The notes: generated by a model not told the origin, from the letters alone. A stretch of DNA of 34,814 nt from Candidatus Thalassarchaeaceae archaeon (GCA_965659915.1 CBFHYB010000006.1:1-34814), one strand, 5' to 3'; positions 8,847 to 18,407 are shown, counted from the stretch's first letter. A program made the numbers and translations.

Positions 8847-9302
8847 ATGGGACGAATGCACAGTGGTGGAAAGGGTCGCTCAGGCTCAACACGCCCAAAT
8901 GTTAGTGACTTACCAGAGTGGTCTGAACAAGACGCTTCAAGGGTTGAGTCGCTCATTGTTGAATTGAATGAACAAGGCAATTCAAACGCTATGATAGGTA
9001 CAATACTACGTGACCAACACTCAGTTCCTAATGTAAAACTACTACTCGGAAAGTCTGTCGGCGCAGTTCTTGAAGAAGCAGGTAAGACTCGTGAAGTTCC
9101 TGAAGAATTGATGAACATGATGCGTAAGGCACAGGGCATCATTGACCATTTAGAGAATAATCGCAAAGATTTGCATAACAACCGTCAACTCAATCTAGTC
9201 GAATCAAAGATTCGTCGCACAGCCCAATATTACCAGTCAAATGGTAAATTAGATGTTGAGTGGAATTACAAGCGCGACCAACTACGCTTAATGGTTGAAT
9301 AA
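8847..9302 (+). CDS. rps15: 30S ribosomal protein uS15 (archaeal S15P/S13e)
   Basis: MGRMHSGGKGRSGSTRP, IGTILRDQH, HLENNRKDLHN and LVESKIRR; 151 aa. Confidence 0.97.
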   Translation: MGRMHSGGKGRSGSTRPNVSDLPEWSEQDASRVESLIVELNEQGNSNAMIGTILRDQHSVPNVKLLLGKSVGAVLEEAGKTREVPEELMNMMRKAQGIIDHLENNRKDLHNNRQLNLVESKIRRTAQYYQSNGKLDVEWNYKRDQLRLMVE

Positions 9303-9354
9303 TTATAGCCATTTTTGCAAGTGGTTTTTTGGCGGTTGACATTGTCGGGCGGCC

Positions 9355-10194
9355 ATGCGCTCATTATTGGAGTTGGAGGCATTTGCTGCAATTGCCGAAA
9401 ATCTCCAAACTTATGCGACATCAATTAGCCAATCAGATACTATTACACTGATAATTCCGCCTTCACCCGAAGGAGCGGTCAGTTCGGCTTTTTTAGAGGC
9501 GGCTTTGTTAGATAGTGAAATCCCTTATCGCCGCCGTTTTTCTCCTCGCTCTGCAAGCCCTCCATATATTGAGGTGAAAGATGGGGATGCATTGGACAAA
9601 CCCTCGCCACATCAGCCCAATCAATTTGTCATAACCCCACTCTTTGCTACAGGGGTGAGAGGGCATGATGGGGTAGCCCACAGAGGCGTCCTTTCAACGG
9701 TTGCACAAGCAGCAGCCTTGGCGGAATTAATTTCACCCGATGGCAAGAAATCGCGTTCACTTCGGCCATGGTTACTGGCCGGTAATTGGTGGGCTGGGGC
9801 GCTTGACCAAGGGTATGATCCAGTGTATAGTGCTCTTCGCGACCATTTGCATCAGGAGGGTTCTGTTAGAGTAGTGCCAATTCCGGAGATAGAAAATCCA
9901 GATATGACTGGGCTAAAACAGATTGACCTAGAAATTGAGGCAAGTACTCGTGAAACATGGTCTGCGCTAGATGTGGATGCCAAGGCAAACGCGCTAAGCA
10001 CACTTGTTTTACCGCAGGTGTTGAGTGAAAAGCCATCAACTGCAAGACTCGAAGAGTTGGTGTGGCACCGTATTAAATTGGCAGATTCTGAAAGCGATTT
10101 ACACACTAGGATGGTTGCAGCGCGTGCAATGTGGGATGGCACTCCGAAAGCAGCATCGGTTTTGATTGACTCAATTTTGTCTAAAGCAGTCTGA
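9355..10194 (+). CDS. Degenerate, truncated DHH-family RecJ/GAN (Cdc45)-like protein
   Basis: Lies directly after rps15, the conserved archaeal position of GAN/RecJ. IIPPSPEGAVSSAFLEAALLDSEIPYRRRF parallels DHH motif I (SHxDADG..aAAI...AL...IPF..RF), but the Asp residues and the DHH triad are absent. Confidence 0.55.
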   Translation: MRSLLELEAFAAIAENLQTYATSISQSDTITLIIPPSPEGAVSSAFLEAALLDSEIPYRRRFSPRSASPPYIEVKDGDALDKPSPHQPNQFVITPLFATGVRGHDGVAHRGVLSTVAQAAALAELISPDGKKSRSLRPWLLAGNWWAGALDQGYDPVYSALRDHLHQEGSVRVVPIPEIENPDMTGLKQIDLEIEASTRETWSALDVDAKANALSTLVLPQVLSEKPSTARLEELVWHRIKLADSESDLHTRMVAARAMWDGTPKAASVLIDSILSKAV

Positions 10195-10217
10195 TTACAA
10201 AGTTAGTAATTCAGATT

Positions 10218-12305
10218 TTATGAGATTTTAAGGCGTGTATCACAGCCATCACAACGTACTCTAACCGGCCTCTTCGTTGTCCTTACAGCAATTTTATCTG
10301 CACAGACAGGACATTTAACAACAGGGATTTTTACAGGTTTTTTACGAATCCCAATACTTGGCATTATCGTGAAATATGCAGCTTCATCTGCCAGTGCGTC
10401 ATCTAAACTGATTTTTGGAGTTACAACAGCAACAGCCAACATCATTACACCAGCAACCCCCAAAGCAACTAGCATGAATACTAGAGGTAAGGCGAAGAAG
10501 TATGAGTAGCCCCAAACACCAGTGAATAGCACCGATGTCAACCAGAAACCAACCCTTGGTTTGTCTTTGGTCAATTTACGAGCTAAAAAGGTGAAAGCAA
10601 CAAACATTGCAAATGATTGCAATAAGGTGACAAGTGGTGAATGAGCCAAACTACCGATAACATATGCGACTCGATAATCCGACATTGCATCTTCACCTAC
10701 TAAGGTAGTTTTTGAGACGGTCACAGTTTCTGTGTAAATGAATCTCTTATGGGAGTAATCTATTCCGCTACCATCTACTGCTGCAGTTCCAACCATCATT
10801 GAAGTTTTCAAACGAGCATCGATTGTTAGTTCAGTCCAAAACGGAGTTGCTGATGCTTGTGGTCTAACAAAATTATCGAAAAGAACACTCTTTTCACCTA
10901 CTCTAATATTCTCAAGTGACTCAATGGTAATCGTGATGGTTGAATCGCTAAATCCGTAATCATCGTTTACATCTATGCTAACTGTTGGTGCTGCTGCTGC
11001 TTCAATAGGCTCTACGCCAAGTAAGCGACCAGAATCAAGCATTAATCCATCAAACATGAATTGTTTGAGTGAGGACGCTCTTCCTGATAGATATGTTTCC
11101 AAGGCTTGAACTTCAGAAGAATCAACTTGTTGATTGTTATGAGTTACTTCCGTTGATGAACTCCCCTGAATCTTTCTCCATTGAGATAGTGAGTCTAGAG
11201 AATCATTACCTATGTTGTCTAATCCCCATCTCATCCATGTTGCCATGGGCCCTTCTAGTTCAATTTGGGTTGTTCTGTGAATGCGGTCACCGCTTTGGAC
11301 TTCAGCATCAATTTTGACACTGATTTGACTTCCACCGCTTCGAAGCGGTTCATCCGCAGGGAATAACCCATATCCGCTACCACTACCTCCTCCAAATGCC
11401 AACACATAGGAAAATCCACCATTAAATGGTTGAACCTGTGACTCTGAAACTGTTATCGAGAGATTGACTTCGTAGACTCCATCTTGAGATGATTCCGGCG
11501 CTTGCCAATTTAGGTATACTTGGGCGCCGTCATTGTGCATAGTTGCAACAACTGTGTCAACAACCACGCCATCAATCTTGAATTCGGTTGTTGATTTTTC
11601 CCAAATTGCAGCACCATAACCAGAGTGTAGGACTACTGGAATCTGAACTGAGTTTCCATTCACTGCAGCAGGTTGCCAATCCATCTTTACTAAGGGGATA
11701 TTTGCTTGCAGATTTGATGCATATTCATCTGTACCCCAAATAAATCTCACTCCTGCTTCCTCATCAGGGGAATTGAAGATCAGGGTTTGTACACTAAGTA
11801 CTACAACAATTAACTCTCCACTAGAGAAAATGTTGCCTTGCTCATCAATATCTATCGTTACATCAACTGTTCCAAGACCTGGGGTGTATGCTGGATTGGT
11901 GTTTGAGGAGCCCGTCCATGATTTCCCTCCTATCTTCACCTCAGCTGAGACATTTGCTTGAACCCCTCCTGCATTTACTACCTCATAATTAACCGAGAGT
12001 GTCCAAGTTGAAATTGGATAACTTCCACTCGTTGCTTGTGGAACTCTCCAACGAGCGATTTCGGTAAGTTGACTTACCGAGGAGGTAACCCATACATCTT
12101 GTTCAGTTGTCAAATCAGCAGAGAATGGGCTAAGTGTACCTTTTCCGGTTTCATCACCTTCGCCCAGTAAATAGTAGTCAATCTCAACTGAATCACAACA
12201 AGTAATTTGCGCATCTACATCACCGATGATATGGTTGTTTGGCATGGTCGATAATAACAGTGCTAAGAGAGCAATAATTGTGGTTGTTCGCTTCACCATC
12301 TGCAT
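10218..12305 (-). CDS. Large membrane protein: signal peptide, ~530-aa extracellular region, 3 C-terminal TM helices, cytoplasmic zinc ribbon
   Basis: 695-aa ORF with N-terminal KRTTTIIALLALLLS, three hydrophobic helices near the C-terminus, and terminal CPVC-x16-CDGC preceded by a basic segment. Confidence 0.75.
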   Translation of the reverse strand: MQMVKRTTTIIALLALLLSTMPNNHIIGDVDAQITCCDSVEIDYYLLGEGDETGKGTLSPFSADLTTEQDVWVTSSVSQLTEIARWRVPQATSGSYPISTWTLSVNYEVVNAGGVQANVSAEVKIGGKSWTGSSNTNPAYTPGLGTVDVTIDIDEQGNIFSSGELIVVVLSVQTLIFNSPDEEAGVRFIWGTDEYASNLQANIPLVKMDWQPAAVNGNSVQIPVVLHSGYGAAIWEKSTTEFKIDGVVVDTVVATMHNDGAQVYLNWQAPESSQDGVYEVNLSITVSESQVQPFNGGFSYVLAFGGGSGSGYGLFPADEPLRSGGSQISVKIDAEVQSGDRIHRTTQIELEGPMATWMRWGLDNIGNDSLDSLSQWRKIQGSSSTEVTHNNQQVDSSEVQALETYLSGRASSLKQFMFDGLMLDSGRLLGVEPIEAAAAPTVSIDVNDDYGFSDSTITITIESLENIRVGEKSVLFDNFVRPQASATPFWTELTIDARLKTSMMVGTAAVDGSGIDYSHKRFIYTETVTVSKTTLVGEDAMSDYRVAYVIGSLAHSPLVTLLQSFAMFVAFTFLARKLTKDKPRVGFWLTSVLFTGVWGYSYFFALPLVFMLVALGVAGVMMLAVAVVTPKISLDDALADEAAYFTIMPSIGIRKKPVKIPVVKCPVCADKIAVRTTKRPVRVRCDGCDTRLKIS

Positions 12306-12456
12306 CCCCAGTGTGCGTGGGTCATCGTAGGCTCTTTCAAGGCAACGGATGGTCGGGCCATCAAACAGTATGTATTTGGGGTAAATAACGGGTTGCGGGA
12401 TTCATCAAATAGTAATCAAAAATCACAATATCTGATGTTTTTCACCTCGTTTTCAC

Positions 12457-12485
12457 TATTATTTTGACTTGTTATTCAAATAATA
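12457..12485. promoter_or_regulatory. Imperfect AT-rich inverted repeat TATTATTTTGA-N8-TCAAATAATA in a divergent intergenic region
   Basis: Read directly. It sits just upstream of TTCATGAA (12498-12505), the TATA-like box of the CBS gene. Confidence 0.35.
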
Positions 12486-12538
12486 TATTCCAACAGATTC
12501 ATGAACCTTAGTGTCCGCCTTGGACTTAGTGACCTATT

Positions 12539-12967
12539 ATGGATGATGTGAAAGTCTCAGACTTGATTTTGACAGATGAGCATGAAGTAGTTGAGATGGA
12601 TGCTTCCATTGCAGATGCTGCTAGCAAATTACTTGCACTTGAGCGTGGAATTTTGATTGTTCTTGGTGAAGACAATATGGTCAAAGGAATAGTCACACCA
12701 AATCAGGTTCTTTCCGCAATTTCAGATGGCGGCGATTCTAATGACATGACCGTTGGTGAATGCATGGATGCAGATGTCATGGAAGTTGGTCAGAATGACA
12801 ATGTTGACGATATTATTGTACAAATGAATGAACGTAAGCCACATGCTGTTGTTGCTGTAGATAGCGATGGTCAGTTTGCAGGCTACTTTTCACCTAATGA
12901 TTACCGTGAGGCACTTGCTCATATTGAGGCAAGACCTGCAATCAAGCGGCTTGCTCAGCATGAATAA
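12539..12967 (+). CDS. Stand-alone CBS-pair (Bateman) domain protein
   Basis: Two CBS-like units: ASIADAA..L...ILIVLGEDNMVKGIVT and VGECM...VDDII.QM...AVVAVDSDGQFAGYFS. Confidence 0.85.
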   Translation: MDDVKVSDLILTDEHEVVEMDASIADAASKLLALERGILIVLGEDNMVKGIVTPNQVLSAISDGGDSNDMTVGECMDADVMEVGQNDNVDDIIVQMNERKPHAVVAVDSDGQFAGYFSPNDYREALAHIEARPAIKRLAQHE

Positions 12968-13010
12968 GTCAAATTCACATTACCGCAAGTTGCTCCATGG
13001 GGTGGTGTTT

Positions 13011-14762
13011 TCATCCGTGTAGCCGAACGAGGCGTCTAGCCCCGTCCTCCTCTGTACCTTCAAGAATTGCGAATCCCATTCGTTCCAATTGGACAACAGT
13101 CCCGTCAGGGTAATCGTTGACTTCCAACAAACCTACATCCCAACACAATTCGCCTTCTTCTTCAAGCAGCAATACGGCTGGTTGTGCCATATTGCTGGGT
13201 AGCCAATGAATAATCGGTGTGTCGTCAACTCGTTCGGTTTGTATTATTTCACCGACCCACCCCTTCACCGTCTTTTTATGGTTGATTCCAATGGTTGCAA
13301 AATCTTTCAAACGCCTTCCTTCGCGTGAGGTAAAATCTTCTGAAGCAATCTTCACCTTGAGTGGGTTTTCCCCGAGTGGCCATTCACGAACTCCCTTGTC
13401 TGGATGTTCAGGGTGAATCGGCAACGTAACTTTGGTCAATTCAATCTCAGTTATGTCTAGGATTACGGTACGTGGGTCGCGCACAAATGATAGTCGTGGT
13501 GCTTCTGCATCGACCGCCTTGGCGTTGAGATTGTTCAGCGTCGACATAGGGACTGAGATATCCTTCTGTGTCAGGCCCAAATCAATCCAAAACTTCCGTA
13601 TGGCTCCAGTATCATACCCTCGTCTTCGCAAAGCCCTAAGGGTTGGTAATCGAGGATCATCCCAACCTTCAAAATCCCCATTTTCAATGTCAATCTTCAT
13701 TTGTGATGTTGAAAAACCTCCAAATTCGTGAACCTTAACCCGCCCCCAATAGAGAGTTTCAGGATAATCCCAACCAGCCATTTCATAGAGCAATTTCTGT
13801 TTTCTAGTTGAGTCCATGAGGTCCTTACCACGAATAATGTGAGTTACTTTTTGGATGTGGTCCTCAACAGCACTTTGGAAATCTAGAAGTGGCCATACTC
13901 GATATTTTTCACCTACTTTGGGGTGAGGTGCTCTCTGAATTCTTAATGCAGGCCAATCTCGTAATGCTGGGTTCTTGTGATCCATGCCAGTTCGGACCCT
14001 AACTACTGCATCTCCTTCGTTGAATCTTCCCTCTGTGTCGTTCATTTGGTCCCACAAATCACTATTCTTGAGTGTACTATTGGCGCGGCAAGGGCATTCT
14101 TGTTGGTCTGTTCTAAGTTGTTTGAATTCATCTGCTGTACAGGTGCAGACATACATGTAATCATCTGCGATGAATTGTTTTGCATGGGCTAAATATTCAG
14201 GCATTCTCGCCGATGCCTCTAGGATAATGTCCGGCTTTTTACCGGCTAGCCACGTGAAATCTTCACGAATCCAATCGTAGGCTTTCAACTCTGGTCGTTT
14301 GATTTTAGTGTCTGTATCGTCGTATCTAAGAATCATTGTTCCATCGTACATTTCTGCATAATGAGAATTGATGATAACACCTCGGCTGTGGCCGAGGGTC
14401 AGTGGCCCATTTGGATTAGGGGCAAAGCGTAAAATCACTTCACCCTTGACAGCATTCGGTAATTCAGGCAGCCCTTCTCGGCGCTCTTTTACCCTCTTTT
14501 CAAGAGCATCAGGTGCTTCTGCTTCCAACACCGCTTTGACAGCTTCTGGGCCTTCATCATTCCACAGTTGGTTTGCTTCGTCTATTGCTGGTCCTAGCAC
14601 ACCAAACAGATGTTTTGCGTGTTGGCGAAGTTCGGAAACTTCGCCAAGGATTCTACCTTGCACAGAACCTGCTTCTCCCTTCCCATCATATTCAAGGGCG
14701 TTTTGCATCGCATATTTGCGAATTAAGCGAATTGTGTCCTCATCGGGAATCCAATCGCTCAT
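13011..14762 (-). CDS. gltX: Glutamyl-tRNA synthetase (archaeal type)
   Basis: LRFAPNPNGPLTLGH, LRYDDTD, YVCTC...ECPCR, THIIRGKD, GWDDPRLPTL and VQLERMGF. ATG at 14762 chosen. Confidence 0.96.
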   Translation of the reverse strand: MSDWIPDEDTIRLIRKYAMQNALEYDGKGEAGSVQGRILGEVSELRQHAKHLFGVLGPAIDEANQLWNDEGPEAVKAVLEAEAPDALEKRVKERREGLPELPNAVKGEVILRFAPNPNGPLTLGHSRGVIINSHYAEMYDGTMILRYDDTDTKIKRPELKAYDWIREDFTWLAGKKPDIILEASARMPEYLAHAKQFIADDYMYVCTCTADEFKQLRTDQQECPCRANSTLKNSDLWDQMNDTEGRFNEGDAVVRVRTGMDHKNPALRDWPALRIQRAPHPKVGEKYRVWPLLDFQSAVEDHIQKVTHIIRGKDLMDSTRKQKLLYEMAGWDYPETLYWGRVKVHEFGGFSTSQMKIDIENGDFEGWDDPRLPTLRALRRRGYDTGAIRKFWIDLGLTQKDISVPMSTLNNLNAKAVDAEAPRLSFVRDPRTVILDITEIELTKVTLPIHPEHPDKGVREWPLGENPLKVKIASEDFTSREGRRLKDFATIGINHKKTVKGWVGEIIQTERVDDTPIIHWLPSNMAQPAVLLLEEEGELCWDVGLLEVNDYPDGTVVQLERMGFAILEGTEEDGARRLVRLHG

Positions 14763-14820
14763 GTCCTGTCGGCCTTGGCTACACCTCTTGAGCATATCCG
14801 GATAATTTACCTCTACAGGG

Positions 14821-15558
14821 TCAATAATCTAACAGATTCCGTTCTTTGAACAATGGTGTTTCACGGGGCCTAGTCGGTATTGGGGAATTGTGCATATCTT
14901 GCCAAGCATTTTGCGTTGTTTTCCATTTCCACCTTAACATGTGATGTGGTGTGTCACCCTCCACTAATTCGGGTAATATCTTCCTAGTGTGTGGGTCGGA
15001 TGGATAACCGGAGCCAAATTGTATCGTCTCTTCTTGTTTTAGGTTCTCAATGAATGAGTCGCGTACTTGCTTTGCAATGATTGAGGCGGCGCCAACTACC
15101 AAGTGTTTGGCATCGGCCCCATGCTCACTAGTGATTTCCCAGTTCCCCCAGGGCCAATTTTTGAGTCGTGCACTGATATTATCGCCGAATCTCTGTTCAT
15201 TTACATCACAAGCATCGAGATGTAGGATGCCTTCATCGTGTCCCTTTGGAGGGAGGATTTTATTTGCAACATGAGCAAACATTTCGACTTCTAAATCGTT
15301 AAGTGACCTAGATTCCATCCAGTTATCAATGTGGCTTGGCATCGCATTGAGGACTTCAATATGCCATCCTCTGTGCTGTGATTGTTCATACAACCAGTCA
15401 TGGAATTCTAATCTTCTTTCAGGAGATATTTTCTTTGAATCATCAATTCCCTTCTCCTCAAGTAATTGAATATCTGATTGAGGTATGGCAACAATTGCTA
15501 CTACTAATGGCCCAATACATGGGCCTCGGCCAGCCTCATCAATCCCAGCAACCCACAT
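14821..15558 (-). CDS. rnhB: Ribonuclease HII
   Basis: GIDEAGRGP, DSKK, LDACD, AD...VGAASIIAK..RD and GSGYPSDP. Confidence 0.96.
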   Translation of the reverse strand: MWVAGIDEAGRGPCIGPLVVAIVAIPQSDIQLLEEKGIDDSKKISPERRLEFHDWLYEQSQHRGWHIEVLNAMPSHIDNWMESRSLNDLEVEMFAHVANKILPPKGHDEGILHLDACDVNEQRFGDNISARLKNWPWGNWEITSEHGADAKHLVVGAASIIAKQVRDSFIENLKQEETIQFGSGYPSDPHTRKILPELVEGDTPHHMLRWKWKTTQNAWQDMHNSPIPTRPRETPLFKERNLLDY

Positions 15559-15567
15559 CTTGTCATC

Positions 15568-17892
15568 TCAGAGGTCAAGGTCGAATTCTTCGTCTTGCTC
15601 CACTACGGCTGGAGGGGTGGCGGTGTGTGAATCCTTCGCCTTCTTTGTTGAAGTTCCGCTTTTTTTAGTAGATTCTGATTTCGGTTTTAGGTATTTTGAA
15701 TTGACTTTTTTCTTTGGTTTTCTCACAGTTCTTCCAGACTCCTGTTTGGTCTTGTCAAATAATTCGTTGGATGGATGTGCTTTCTTTTCAATGGCTAACT
15801 CACTAGCCAAGTCGTCTAGTAAGTCCCCTTCAATACTAGTTTCATGGTGTTCTAAAACCGTTTTTGCTGCATCAAGAAGTGCTTCTGATGGTTTTTCTTT
15901 CTGTATACTCTTTGGTGGTGTATTGGAAGTGAACAAGTCTTGAAACACCCTAGCAGCAATTTTAGGTGCTTCAATGACACTCCCAACAATTCCTTTGTTT
16001 TCTGCACCACTTTTATTGTCAAATTTCCCCATCCATTCTTCTGGTTTTTCAGGTTTGGCTGGTTGCGCTGCTGCTAACCTTGCTTTCCACAACGCATCTT
16101 TTGCTGCCCTATGTTTGAACGCCTGTAAAAGCCCAAGTGATCCCGCTAGAACTACCAGGATAGTCATTATTAAGTCATTATATTGATTCCATAAATCAGC
16201 CGCAGCTATCTCAATTTTCAACCAAACAGAATCTTCGTGAATATTTTCAGGCCGCCATGATTCAGCTAGATATTCTACTTTAGTCTCATTGACAAATATG
16301 ATGTCAGGACTTAGGGTACTCTGCATTTCTACAGTCATTGTAATTGTTCCATTTGCTTCACTATTGCGTGGGATGTGCATCCAAGACCGGAAAGTGAAGT
16401 CTACTCCTGGTGGGATTTGTTCAATTTCAAAGTAACGAGGTGCCCCAGTCTCAGAACCATGTTCTGCTTGCTCAGGTGGTATAAATCCATGATTTACACT
16501 CATATCAACATGTAAACTAACCTGTAAACCATCATTTCCATTCCCTAGATTTCTCATTGTAAATGCAACAGAAACATTGTCATTTGAATCAGTACTACTC
16601 TCTACTGCTTGTAGTTCCCAATCAACAAAAGGAGCAACTCGTAATTCGATGGTTTGACTACCAATAATTTCACCTGAAACTAGTTTCAATGTGATTGTAA
16701 CAGAACCATGAGTAAATGCTGGGACCATCCCTTGCACAGTTAGTGTTAGTATTGCAGCCTCTTTGGTTTCATCTTTGTTTACTACAACCGTTTGTTGGCT
16801 TAGTTCTGCGCCCAACCAACTTTCCTTGTCAACATTTATTTCAAATGAATCTTCAAAATTTCCGGTATTAGTTATACTAATTGTAGCGCTACAACTTTGT
16901 TCAGGAGATACATCACTATCATCACAATCATCCTCAACAAATAATTCGCCACCTCGTTCCCAAACTATGTTTGAATCAATAGTGATCATTACCCTCTGTG
17001 TTGGATTGTATTTGCTCCATGCCACGATTCCAACCTTCATCTGTCCAGAACTTTGAGATGGGGGATGGATATCAATATCAATAGTGGCTTGCATATTTGC
17101 CCCTAAACCATTTCCACTCTGCCCATTTAGGTTGTGGGCGTTGAATATGGCGACCCACCATCCATCGTGATGATAGGAAATATTTTGTTCATGTTGATAG
17201 GATTGTTCTGGTGTAAATCCTGGCAACGGTAAATTATTGGAATCTAAGGGGACTACACGCGCAACCAGTTGTGCAGGGGAATTTCCTGTATTCCGAAGGG
17301 TCAGGCTCATTCTCTCTAATTTCCCCGGCTCAAAACTAAGATTACTGCTAGGTGAATCAAATTCCGCTTGAAACCATTCATCTGGTTCTAGTGTGAAATT
17401 ATATTTGATTTGAGCACTATCAAGGCTAGATACTGCCGTTAACTGAAACATGTATCTCACAAAAGCGAGAGGTTCCCCATCAACAACTGGGGGAATAGTA
17501 ATCGTATATTGTGGCCACCCTAACTCACCCGATGCAATAACAATTTGATTTGGTTGATGGCACGGAATTACTGTGCCGAACCAAATACAATCCCAGCCAA
17601 CATCACTGGTAAGGGTAAAATCAACTGCGTCACTGACATTTGCTCCATTCGTGATATTAATTGACATAGTCAATGGAGTATCCACAGCAGCGAATGCGTT
17701 GAGACCTGAATTTGGGCCCCATGTTAGGTTACTTGTGTAATTAGTTGAGTTTCGTGATGTGTGAGATATTGAGGCTTCAACAAGTGTATTATTTTCCTGA
17801 TGGATAGTATTGTCTGTTTCAAGCACAGGAAGTACAGATACAGTTAGCACAAGAAGAAGTGCTAGTATCGGTTGTAAAGGCGACCTGCGCAT
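15568..17892 (-). CDS. Membrane-anchored secreted protein with COG1470/NEW3-like Ig-fold repeats and a long charged cytoplasmic tail
   Basis: Signal peptide; repeated N-x-G-N motifs (NTGNSP, NTGNFED, NLGNGND); TM LIMTILVVLAGSLGLL; Lys/Glu-rich tail ending EEFDLDL. Confidence 0.75.
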   Translation of the reverse strand: MRRSPLQPILALLLVLTVSVLPVLETDNTIHQENNTLVEASISHTSRNSTNYTSNLTWGPNSGLNAFAAVDTPLTMSINITNGANVSDAVDFTLTSDVGWDCIWFGTVIPCHQPNQIVIASGELGWPQYTITIPPVVDGEPLAFVRYMFQLTAVSSLDSAQIKYNFTLEPDEWFQAEFDSPSSNLSFEPGKLERMSLTLRNTGNSPAQLVARVVPLDSNNLPLPGFTPEQSYQHEQNISYHHDGWWVAIFNAHNLNGQSGNGLGANMQATIDIDIHPPSQSSGQMKVGIVAWSKYNPTQRVMITIDSNIVWERGGELFVEDDCDDSDVSPEQSCSATISITNTGNFEDSFEINVDKESWLGAELSQQTVVVNKDETKEAAILTLTVQGMVPAFTHGSVTITLKLVSGEIIGSQTIELRVAPFVDWELQAVESSTDSNDNVSVAFTMRNLGNGNDGLQVSLHVDMSVNHGFIPPEQAEHGSETGAPRYFEIEQIPPGVDFTFRSWMHIPRNSEANGTITMTVEMQSTLSPDIIFVNETKVEYLAESWRPENIHEDSVWLKIEIAAADLWNQYNDLIMTILVVLAGSLGLLQAFKHRAAKDALWKARLAAAQPAKPEKPEEWMGKFDNKSGAENKGIVGSVIEAPKIAARVFQDLFTSNTPPKSIQKEKPSEALLDAAKTVLEHHETSIEGDLLDDLASELAIEKKAHPSNELFDKTKQESGRTVRKPKKKVNSKYLKPKSESTKKSGTSTKKAKDSHTATPPAVVEQDEEFDLDL

Positions 17893-18017
17893 GATTCTCG
17901 GAATTGGTATGGTTCTTGAAGAGTTGCTCCGGCTTGTGTGCGGTACAAGTCATTTTTTGCCCCTATTCTATGATTTCAAGCACACATTCTAAGGATAGGC
18001 ACCATGTTCGCCCTGTC

Positions 18018-18407
18018 ATGGCGGGTATATGGCCATTCAAGAAAAAGTCGGCCGAGGCCGAAAAGCAAAAAATTGTCACATATAGTAAGGACGACCACCA
18101 TGCTGAGGAAATTATGTCAGATCGTAGTCATATTGAGGATGACCAATATCAAGCCGCTCTTGACTTATTGACTAATCCTCATCTAGGCAAAGAGTCTAGT
18201 GGTGAGGTTGCGAAAAGCGAAGTTGTTGAAACTGAACAAGATGAAGAAACCGTTGATTTATTGGACACAGTTAGTGCTGGCGCGACTGAAGATGAATATG
18301 AGCAGAGCGATGACGGATATTGGTATATCAAGAAAGATGATGGTTCTTTTCACCAAACAGCTCACGTGAAAGCAGACGATGGTTCTTTTAGCCCTTATTC
18401 AGAGTGA
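18018..18407 (+). CDS. Small acidic hypothetical protein with C-terminal DDG-aromatic repeats
   Basis: Starts MAGIWPFKKK at ATG 18018, fills the gap between convergent/divergent genes, and ends DDGYWYIKKDDGSF...DDGSFSPY. Confidence 0.7.
   Translation: MAGIWPFKKKSAEAEKQKIVTYSKDDHHAEEIMSDRSHIEDDQYQAALDLLTNPHLGKESSGEVAKSEVVETEQDEETVDLLDTVSAGATEDEYEQSDDGYWYIKKDDGSFHQTAHVKADDGSFSPYSE

Noticed and set aside
12306-12538. AT-rich spacer as a replication origin
   Set aside because: No recognisable ORB repeats with G-strings and no cdc6/orc1 nearby.
14385-14430. GluRS HIGH motif reads TLGH
   Set aside because: HIGH variants starting TLG occur in other euryarchaeal GluRS, and all other motifs are intact.
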